From Eledone cirrhosa (taxonomy: Eukaryota), in assembly GCA_964016885.1 (NCBI GenBank), contig OZ024749.1, positions 26,226,001 through 26,290,000 on the forward strand: a stretch of 64,000 nt of DNA. The letters run 5' to 3'. A model generated the notes under the pieces. The model was not told the origin of the DNA. It saw nothing but the letters and a program-made list of their open reading frames with translations, and made no database searches. The translations under genes and the position numbers were made by a program. Position 1 is the first letter of the stretch, and every line of letters starts with the position of its first letter. This document shows positions 53,961 through 64,000 of the stretch, piece after piece.

Positions 53961-54009
<49 letters not shown>

Positions 54010-54011
<2 letters not shown>

Positions 54012-55370
54012 CTGGTGGTGGTGGTGATTCTGGTTGTTGTTGTGGTGCTGGTGCTGGTGGTATTTGTAGTTGTGGTGTTGGTGGAAAGTGATGGTGATGG
54101 TTGTCGTGGTAGTTGTGGTGGTTGGTGGTGGTGGTGATGGGGGTGGTTGTATTTGTGGTCTTGCGGGTAGTGGTGGAGGCGGTGGTGGTTATTGTGGTGG
54201 TGTTGGTGGTAATGGTGGTGACGGTGATGGTTGTCGTCGTCGTCGTCGTCGTCGTGTTTGTAGTTGTGGTGTTGGTGGTAGTGATGCTGGTGGTGGTTGT
54301 AGGTGTGGTGTTGGTGGTAATGGTGATGGTGGTGATGGCGGTGGTGGTGATGATGGTAGTGGTGATGGTGGTGGTGATTGTAGTTGTGGTGGTGGTGGTG
54401 ATGATGGTGGTGGTGATGGTGATGGTGGTGATGGTGTTAATGGTGATGGTGGTGATGGTTGTCAGAAGACGACATGGCGGTATATAACAATGGTTCAAAC
54501 AGAAACGGTAATCTATAATATTTAACAAAAGAATGACCGACCCCAGCCCCGCTCCCGATACCCCCCAGCCCCACGCCACCCGCTTTATCCCCCTTCTCTG
54601 CCACACCCACACCTGACCGTCCCCCCTCCTCTTCCAGTTATAAAACCAAAGTGTCAACACAAAAGACTTCCAATGGAAAACTATTAATAAGACGATAACG
54701 ATGCTCTTCCGCCTCTGACCTCACCCCTCCTTTTCCTCCCTCCTCCCCTCCACCATCCAGCCCTCCTTCTCAGCCCCCTCCGTCCTCTTCCTAGTCCTCT
54801 TCTTTCTCCCCCTTGTCCGTCTCCACTACCACCGCCATTACATTCAGCACAGCCACCTAAAGTACAACCACCACCACAACCAGCAATACCACCATATCTA
54901 ACACCAGCAATACCACCATATCTAACACCATCATTTCCACTACTACTACAACAATCACAACCATAGCCACTACCAAATCAACAACCACCACAACCACCAC
55001 GATCACACCTCTACCACCACAAGCACCACCACTAGTGCAACCACCATCACTACAACCAACGCAACCACAACCACCACCACCACCACCACAACTACCACCG
55101 TCACCACCACCACAACCACCACCACCACCACAACCACCACCACCACAACCACCACCACCACCACAACCACCACCACAACCACCACCACCACCACCACCAC
55201 AACCACCACAACCACCACCACCACCACACAACCACCACCACCACCACCACCACAACCACCACAACCACCACCACCACCACACAACCACCACCACCACCAC
55301 CGCCACAACCACCACCACCACAACCACCACCACACAACCACCACCACCACCACCACCACCACCACTACCT
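54010..55370. repeat. (GGT)n-rich and (CCA)n-rich low-complexity blocks in opposite orientation
   Basis: GGT-rich at 54010-54460 and CCA-rich at 54860-55370. Confidence 0.85.
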
Positions 55371-55435
55371 CTATTACTCCAACTGCTTCAGTAAGTGAAA
55401 CAGCTCTGGACACCAAATGATATACCAAAAGATAA

Positions 55436-55496
55436 AATACCGGTACATACCGGTACATACCGGTAAATGCCGGTAAATACCGGTAAATACAGGTAT
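55436..55496. repeat. Six tandem 10-bp units with a palindromic TACCGGTA core
   Basis: AATACCGGTACATACCGGTACATACCGGTAAATGCCGGTAAATACCGGTAAATACAGGTA. Confidence 0.85.
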
Positions 55497-56303
55497 ATAT
55501 AAGGAGACTCCATAAAACTTCGATAACTTCTTCCATAGAAATCAATGTTTTGTCTTTATTTTTGTATTTTGTTTATTTGTATTTTATATATATTTTATGT
55601 TTGTGTTGTTCGTTTTTATGTTCGACTTTATCATGATTTATCGTGGCTAAAAATACTCAAATACTTTCTTTATTTCTATCTGTAGTAAATTATAAAAGGA
55701 AGCAAATGAATGGATCCACGTCAGCTGTCGACGATGCGTACTCAAGTGGTTCGACGAATTGATCTGGTTATTCATTTTATATCTATATCTCTCTCTCTAT
55801 ATATATGCGTGTGTGTGTGTGTGTGTGTGCGTGCGTGTGAGTGAGTGAGTGAGTGAGTGAGTGAGTGAGTGAGTGAGTGAGTGAGTGAGTGAGTGAGTGA
55901 GTGAGTGAGTGAGTGAGTGAGTGAGTGAGCGAGCGAGTGAGTGAGCGAGTGAGTGAGTGAGCGAGCGAGTGAGTGAGTGAGCGAGTGAGTGAGCGAGTGA
56001 GCGAGCGAGCGTGTGTTTAAAACGACAACAGAAGGCCGTACTGGAAGATATGCTGTAAATTTTAATTTCGTGAAATCATTATGCATATTTCAATGGCCCA
56101 GCTCCATCATCCATTTGTGATGCAAGACAGGACGGTCTCACCAGGTAAGTTCGGCAGAATTACATAACACGGCTACGTAGAACACATACTTATCATAGAA
56201 GATAGGGAAAAGAAAATAAGAAATTGAAAAATGGAAAATGAAAATTTGACTTGGGGACTGTCTGTAGAAAGTATGTTGTAGTGTATGAAGACAACCTCCA
56301 AGG

Positions 56304-56343
<40 letters not shown>

Positions 56344-56462
56344 CTATAAGAGGCTTAGCTCTGTTTCTCGACCGTTATATCGCGTGACTATCTCCCCCTC
56401 CGCCTTTTGGGATTCTTTCTCACGTCGTGTAGACGCGTTCTTGAGACTAGTAAAATGAGGTA

Positions 56463-56552
56463 TCCTCTTGATAAGTCGGCAAACCTCGCAAGGACTCTAT
56501 ATCTTTATGATATATTGTTTTTGTTTATGCCACGAAACTACGTAGTCGAGGA
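56463..56552 (+). ncRNA. Type I hammerhead ribozyme, copy 1 (U3-A8 variant)
   Basis: UCCUC-UUGAUAA-GUcGGCA...UGCCAC-GAAAC-UACGUA-GUC-GAGGA; predicted cleavage after 56547. Confidence 0.8.
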
Positions 56553-57057
56553 ATTTAGGAGCAGTTTAGGTATGATACATTTTATTACTAATTATATCTA
56601 AATGTTTCTTCTCTCTTCATAATGTATTTTTAACTCTGATACTGGTTCAGTCTAGTTCAACTGAATTGGTCTGTCCCAGTCATTCATTGAGCAACATCGG
56701 TGAAGTTGGCACCCTTAACTCACAGTTGGGTGCGGATGCATTCATGTATATATGTGTGTGTCCGCATGTATCTGTGTGTTTCTAAATATATTGTTAATAA
56801 CTCCCTCTGGTCGAGCAATCTTTGAGGTGTGGGGACAGCCGGAAAGCTTCCATTACTCATACTTCTCGCCTTCTTCACCACCTCTTCTACGGCCTCGATA
56901 TAAGTACCCCCTCCGCCTCCGTGGTATTTTCTTCGGGGTTATAAGAGGCTTAGCTCTGTTTCTCGACCGTTATATCGCGTGACTATCTCCCCCTCCGCCT
57001 TTTGGGATTCTTTCTCACGTCGTGTAGACGCGTTCTTGAGACTAGTAAAATGAGGTA

Positions 57058-57147
57058 TCCTCTTGATAAGTCGGCAGACCTCGCAAGGACTCTATATCTT
57101 TATGATATATTGTTTTTGTTTATGCCACGAAACTACGTAGTCGAGGA
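57058..57147 (+). ncRNA. Type I hammerhead ribozyme, copy 2 (U3-A8 variant)
   Basis: Same fold as copy 1; predicted cleavage after 57142. Confidence 0.8.
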
Positions 57148-57216
57148 ATTTAGGAGCAGTTTAGGTATGATACATTTTATTACTAATTATATCTAAATGT
57201 TTCTTCTCTCTTCATA

Positions 57217-57302
<86 letters not shown>

Positions 57303-57433
57303 ATATATATAATATATATATATATTGATGAGAATTTCGTAGATATAAGTACTATATCCAATGGCTGTGCCCCAGAATGGCCTCAGTATGTTGGCTGGAA
57401 CGTGTAATAGAGTAAGAAAGAAGTATCCATAGC

Positions 57434-57806
57434 GTGATTGCCAGACGGAATCAGCATGACACACCATGTGACACGCGGCTGGATTTCTTGAATTAAAGAT
57501 AAAATGTCTCTGACAGGATTCCACAAGGTTTCTGTCTAAAAAAAAATTGTACTAAGAAGGCTTGGGTCAATCTGAAGCTGTGGAAAACTTAACAAAATGC
57601 TACTTAATGGTGTCGAACCTGGTTCGACACTATTGATTAGCATTTTGTTAAGTTTTCCACAGCTTCAGATTGACCCAAGCCTTCTTAGTACAATTTTTTT
57701 TTAGACAGAAACCTTGTGGAATCCTGTCAGAGACATTTTATCTTTAATTCAAGAAATCCAGCCGCGTGTCACATGGTGTGTCATGCTGATTCCGTCTGGC
57801 AATCAC
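57434..57806. repeat. Near-perfect palindrome with 186-bp arms and a 1-nt centre
   Basis: Centre GTGTCGAACC-t-GGTTCGACAC; arms match except for a few bases near the centre. Confidence 0.92.
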
Positions 57807-58019
57807 TGCGAAGACAAAAATTAATCACCCTGAAATGCTTGTGTTCATATGGTATGAGATGGTCCCATAACTCCTGATGAAGTCTTAGGGACACAGTAGT
57901 TGCATATGGCATTTCTTGGGCATTTTAAGCCTGATGGGGCATATCCCTCTCCAAGCCTGAATTTAGCAATTTCTTCCATAGAAAGAGGAAGTGAGAAAGA
58001 GATATAGAGGAAGAATCGC

Positions 58020-58160
58020 CCCCAATACTAGACTGGTACGTTTTTATCGACCTCGAATGGATGAAAGATAAAGTTGACCTCTGAGTTGACCAACAGAGAG
58101 CAGAGAGCCGGAACGAATATAATAATGCATTCTATGCGACTTTCTTACGATTCTGCCAAT
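58020..58160 (-). mobile_element. Diverged tRNA-derived SINE
   Basis: GACTGGTAC...TTTTATCGACC..GAATGGATGAAAG is the reverse complement of the 19561 family. Confidence 0.65.
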
Positions 58161-58471
58161 TAAAAAAATGGCCAATCATAGTTCGATAAAATAATGAACC
58201 AATACCAGTTGGAAGAGACTTGGGTCAACGAGAGAATATGATACTAGGAACCTGATTGAGATGTTTTGCCCTGGGATCGATACTAACACCTTTTTATTAC
58301 AGAAATCTTTTAAACTCTCAGTTTCGCCTGCGTACATTTTATTTAAGTTTCATCACAACATATACAACACACACTGCACATATTTCACACAGCACACACA
58401 TCACACATCACACACAACACACACAGAGCACACGCCACACAAAATACATACACACTTATGAAAAATAAAAG

Positions 58472-58554
<83 letters not shown>

Positions 58555-59208
58555 CTCTACAGCGGGTACACTTCGACGATTTATAACTATATATATATAT
58601 ATATATATATAGATATAGATATATAGACAAATAAACAAATATATATATGTACATATATGTATATACAAACACTCAGACACACGTAATGTGCTGTGGACTT
58701 GCTGCTTGCATTCTTTCTTTCTTTTTCTCTTTCTCTCTTTCTTTCATTACACATTAAAATGACACCAGGGTAACATTTGAGGATAGGAAAAGAGAATTAA
58801 ATAAGACGTCACGTGGTGTAATGGTGGCTGAGGACATAAATTAAAGGCAAAATAACAGCAAACAAACAAAACAAGAGGAATAAGAGAAATGCAAGTAAAA
58901 CATAAAAACAAAATGGCGGCGAAGACGATATTTGCTATAAAAGATGTAATGCAATAGGGATAGAGTTAAACGACGTAATTTAATAGATAATAGTATAAAG
59001 ATGTGATATAATAGGTATGGTTAAAGAACTGTAAAATATATTGCAAAGAATAAATAAACATTCTGCCTTTATTTGTTGGAATTTACACACACACACACAA
59101 ACAAACAAACATATATATATATATATATACATACATACACGCATATCTATACATATATGCATATATAATTATTAATTATATATATATAAACATATGCATA
59201 CACACACA

Positions 59209-59269
<61 letters not shown>

Positions 59270-59426
59270 ACATATATATATATACAATACATAAACAGAG
59301 AAAGCCTTAAGCGATACTCCGACCAACTCCATCTCATATATATATAATATATAACAGATATATATACATATAAATATATATGTATATATATATATATATT
59401 CATATATATATATATTCCTATATATG

Positions 59427-59473
<47 letters not shown>

Positions 59474-59791
59474 GTGCGTGTGTGTGTTGGGTGTGTATTA
59501 TTAATGTTAGGTATTTTTAAAGTCTTATTTCTTCGACATTAAATCTTGTGGTTCTAATTTGTTTACTGGCGCCTAGCTGTACACCTATAATCTAAACTCA
59601 TTATCCCCGCCTCTCTTTTCTCCGTCAACAGACCAATGAACTCCCATTAACAAGAATAATAGCGACAAGGGCTACTACAAAATCGTCAACAACAAAAACA
59701 ATAACGATAACAACAAGAAAAATGATACAGCTACATCAAAACAAATCATAAAAATATACAAACTGTACGAGAATTTGTGAAAGAGTGTATG

Positions 59792-59834
<43 letters not shown>

Positions 59835-59923
59835 GTACTTATATATGTATTGCAATCGCTGTTCGAAACGCCCTCGTACTTAAACCATTCAATTACACAC
59901 ATAAACACACACGCGCACACACA

Positions 59924-59970
<47 letters not shown>

Positions 59971-60694
59971 ACACACACACACACCTATCTATCTGTCAAT
60001 GAACACTGGCATTGCAGAGTGAATAATTTGCTGTTTTATAATCATGAGGCTGTAGGTTCGATCCTACTCAGTACCATATTGTTAAATTTCACCATAACCT
60101 CAGGTGGACCCACGCCTTGTCAGTGAAATTTTGTAATCAGAACCTATGTGGAAGCCCGTCAGAGACATTCTACTTTTAGTTCAAGAGGGCAAGCCTTTTT
60201 GTCGCTTGGTGTGTCGTTGATTCTTTCTGGCATTCACTTAAACGATACGAGGATCGGCTGCAAAGTTCATAGGCTAACGAAGATACTCTCATGGAATGAC
60301 CAAATGAAGTTTATTTTTCTACATACTTCCTGGAAAGAAACAATGCAGTTATTAATAAGAAGAGGTGAAATTAATGCATGCAAGATTTCACATTTCTAGC
60401 ATAACTCCTTCATAGTCAGCCTGTCAACTAATTTCAGCTGACCCTCGTACAGTATGTAAATCTACGGAATACTCAACCACTAATACAATGACTAACTAGT
60501 ACAATTCGTCGAACAACAGTGCAGTGTCGCCCTCAGATGGGATACCAGAATTTAAAGATCCCTATTTAAGTAGCTATTATGAGCTTAAGGAAATTAGGTG
60601 GAATACAAGGAGCCTCTCTCAGATGCATACATTTTGATTCAACTATTGTCGGAATTCTCAAAATATGTGTGTGTGTGTGTGCGTTTGTGTGTGC

Positions 60695-60725
<31 letters not shown>

Positions 60726-61162
60726 GCAGTAACATAATATGCATGTAAATATGAATGTGTATGTATGCGTGCATTTATCGTCGGGTGTGTGTGTGTGTGT
60801 GTGTGTGTGGCAGTATTAGTGTGTAAGTGTAGATGATATGGATCTCCTACATTTGACAAATCTGTATTTTGCTTGTGTTGGAATCATCAATGGAAAATTC
60901 TTAAAGGATCACCTCAGCTGACTTTAAAAGGACACAGACACGCATGCATACTCACACATACACACAAACATACATGCGCATAAACATACATACATATATA
61001 TGCATTAATATATATATACATATATATAGTTATATATATATGAATGCATATATATATATATATATGAGTATATGTGTGTGTGTGTGCCGAGCGTGTGAAC
61101 GTGCTTATTTGTGTTCGTTTGTGCCTGTACGTGTGTGCGTGTGAGTACCCGCATATATACTT

Positions 61163-61234
<72 letters not shown>

Positions 61235-61300
61235 TTATTTACTTATATATATTATACATATATATATATTATACATATATATATATATATATATATATAT

Positions 61301-62043
61301 GAAAAAAGTTTGTCCTTCATCAGTGATCTTCCAACCATCATAGGCATTTCATCGCTTTAAAGACCATATACCTCCGGTTGGTGCGAGCAACGGCTAAAAA
61401 AAGTCGTTGGGACACGTAAATAAAGGGGACGCGAGGGTAAACAAACAAAATGGTGAAGCAACAGAAAGTGAGGAAGAAGGAGACAAGTCCCAAATTTCTA
61501 TGAATTTAAATTCGGTGAAATCGTGAACGAGAGAATAAAGACCATCAAACCTGGTTGAAATGTGAGCAAGGAAGGAATTTGGCACAGGTCTAACGGGAGG
61601 AAGAAGGGGTCTGGTCTGCGAATTCGGTAAACATAAGTTCTGTGAAATCGCAGACGAGAGAGAGAAAAAATTCCGACCGGCTTGGCCGAGCATGCGAGAG
61701 AAAAGAATTACGCACAGGTCAAACGGGAAGAAAGAGGAGGAGGAGAGGTAGTGACAGAGAATAAGTGAGTGAAGGGTGCGGAAGAGGCTAACAGAGAGAG
61801 AGACTGCTAGAAAGGGTAAAGATACATAGAACGAAAAAGACTGAAGCAGCAGAGGAAAAAATATGTGTAAATATGATAATAAGGGCACTGCGGAGTTGCA
61901 AATGGGTTACATATGAAAAACGTTTGTCCTTCATCAGTGATCTTCCAACCATCATAGGCATTTCATCGCTTTAAAGACCATATACCTCCGGTTGGTGCGA
62001 GCAACGGCTAAAAAAGTCGTTGGGACACGTAAATAAAGGGGAC
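61301..62043 (-). mobile_element. Non-coding element with about 130-bp direct repeats (period 614 bp) and a broken hammerhead
   Basis: 61301-61430 matches 61915-62043. Minus strand CTGATGAAGGAC-AAACGTT lacks the 3' half of stem II and G12. A third copy lies at 19157. Confidence 0.75.
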
Positions 62044-62119
62044 ATATACATACATATATACATTTACGTTTGTTGGTTCACCACTGGATAGAACTGGTCA
62101 TCATTCTGTATGGTCAACC

Positions 62120-62160
<41 letters not shown>

Positions 62161-62204
62161 TTAGGTTAATAGGAGTTAGGTATTGTATACCCGTGTCCCA
62201 TTAA

Positions 62205-62249
62205 GTCCTTGTTTACTAGCTGCGGTGACCGCAGCTAGTAAACAAGGAC
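62205..62249. repeat. Perfect palindrome with 22-bp arms
   Basis: GTCCTTGTTTACTAGCTGCGGT-g-ACCGCAGCTAGTAAACAAGGAC. Confidence 0.92.
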
Positions 62250-62376
62250 CCACACCCCACCCTCCCGCACCAAAATTAGACTTATCGTCCCCTACTTTTG
62301 CTCTTTACTCTCTTTACTCTTTGTTCTTGAATGTTTGGTTGGTAGAGTCCATAACACCAATCAAACCCCTTTTATA

Positions 62377-62421
62377 GCTCTGACGAATCCTACGGTTACG
62401 TAAGGAAGAAACATTGTAAGC
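62377..62421 (+). ncRNA. Minimal type I hammerhead ribozyme
   Basis: GCU-CUGACGA-a-UCCU-ACG(guua)CGU-a-AGGA-a-GAAACAUUGUA-AGC. Confidence 0.65.
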
Positions 62422-62465
62422 CAATACAAATCTTTTGATGTTTTAGAAGCTCTTGTGTTCTTTAT

Positions 62466-62523
<58 letters not shown>

Positions 62524-62663
62524 TAACAGATTAAAGTTTAAGCAAAGAATCGCTGCTTTCACTCTTAACGGGATCTTCTGTTGCTCTACGGTTCTTATAT
62601 ATTTGATATATATTTATCCTTATCGAGCCCTCTTTGGATTTTAGTCTTCAAATTTATTATTAT

Positions 62664-62699
<36 letters not shown>

Positions 62700-62770
62700 G
62701 GGGGGAGCTTCTGGAAGAGTATATGTATAATAAAGCCAAAACAATGCAGGTATGGACATAGAATAAATGT

Positions 62771-62805
62771 CCTTAATTTTCGAGATAATATCTCTTCTTC
62801 GAAGG
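62771..62805 (-). ncRNA. Hammerhead-like motif with variant core
   Basis: CCU-UCGAAGA-a-GAGAU(auu)AUCUC-GAAAAUUA-AGG; positions 3 and 4 read UC instead of CU. Confidence 0.4.
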
Positions 62806-62869
62806 GAAGTAGTCCCTCTCGTCTGAGCTGTCCGCGTAGAGAAGGACCTGAGTGGGCCTATAACCTCCT

Positions 62870-62918
<49 letters not shown>

Positions 62919-62921
<3 letters not shown>

Positions 62922-63195
62922 CTTAAAATGCAGTGGGAATACGAAGAAAGCAAGAACATGAGGTAGGGGGGGGGGGGTTCCTCATCAGTTGTCAACTGGG
63001 GTTCTAAGGTTATTTCAACGCTTTAAAGACTTATCCAGTTATTGACGCCCTGGGGTGAAGCGGTATCTTGTCTTTAAAGCGTAGAAATATCCTAGAGCCC
63101 CAGTAGACAACTGATGAGGAAAACTGCCCGCCCCCCTCCACACACACACACGTTCTGTTCTTGCTTTCTTCGTATTCCCACTGCATTTTAAGTTA
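62919..63195. repeat. Imperfect fold-back with about 110-125-bp arms
   Basis: 62919-63030 versus 63070-63195. Shares GTCTTTAAAGCG...CTGATGA architecture with the 61301 family. Confidence 0.85.
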
Positions 63196-63241
63196 CCTTA
63201 AATAGCAACTACACAGCCATTTCTATTTCTCCATATATTTC

Positions 63242-63316
<75 letters not shown>

Positions 63317-63495
63317 ATATATACATATAAACACACACACACACATATATATATAATATATAAAATATATATAATATATATATAATATATATAATATATA
63401 AAATAAAATATAAAATAATACATATATATATAAACATATATACATATAAACACACACACACACATATATATATATATAAACATATATACATATAA

Positions 63496-63578
<83 letters not shown>

Positions 63579-63581
<3 letters not shown>

Positions 63582-63626
63582 GCCACCGATGAAAGCCAGC
63601 CAGAGTGCGAGTGTATATATATATAT

Positions 63627-63686
<60 letters not shown>

Positions 63687-63715
63687 GCACTCTGGCCGGC
63701 TTTCATCGGAGCTTT
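63579..63715. repeat. Short inverted repeat enclosing a (TA)n tract
   Basis: CCGATGAAAGCCAGCCAGAGTGC / GCACTCTGGCCGGCTTTCATCGG. Confidence 0.8.
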
Positions 63716-64000
63716 GAACAAACTGAGAAAATAAATGGCTAAATAGCTTAGAAGAGTAGAATGCTGTTAATGGAAGTGTAGAGAGAATATAGGAGAGCTT
63801 TCGTGTCTTGCCTCTATAATTTCTGCTTTGTTGATTTGATGCTTTTTACCTTTCACTTACCTTTAGTCTCTGATATAATAAAATTTATGCCAGCATCTAC
63901 TGACGGCTTGCTAGCTTCTCTGGAAATTGTCAGGAGATTTCATAATAATTCTTTAATGCAATTTTATGGACATACAAACATATACGCATACGCATACAAA

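Larger units (their letters stand above)
56345..57222 (+). mobile_element. Retrozyme-like non-autonomous element: two 283-bp hammerhead-bearing direct repeats around a 312-bp non-coding core
   Basis: 56345-56627 matches 56940-57222 (one mismatch seen), period 595 bp. (TA)n on both sides and no TE ORF. Confidence 0.8.

Noticed and set aside
61394-61888. 164-aa Leu/Ser/Phe-rich ORF
   Set aside because: Non-ATG start in a pyrimidine-rich strand of a repeat element; no domain.

Overview
AT-rich, microsatellite-saturated animal genomic DNA. The SINE repertoire and (TA)n density suggest an octopod cephalopod; this is inference only. No host gene can be named. One intact intronless 283-aa orphan ORF with a CRE/AP-1/CCAAT cluster upstream is the best host-gene candidate. 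Mobile DNA dominates the window and appears sorted by microsatellite type. (1) Five Tx1-clade non-LTR retrotransposon copies from three subfamilies, one with intact ORF1 and ORF2, all sit in (GATA/TATC)n tracts in the same orientation relative to the repeat strand. (2) A Penelope-like RT and many short non-coding islands in (TA)n tracts carry minimal type I hammerhead ribozyme motifs and/or fold-back structures. One is a retrozyme-like element with two hammerhead-bearing 283-bp direct repeats 595 bp apart (56345-57222). (3) RTE-like non-autonomous elements sit in (CATA)n tracts. Also present are tRNA-derived SINEs, a hAT MITE with an 8-bp TSD, and a 105-bp tandem array whose unit resembles a tRNA-derived SINE head. 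All folds and alignments were done by eye, and coordinates of degenerate repeats are approximate.
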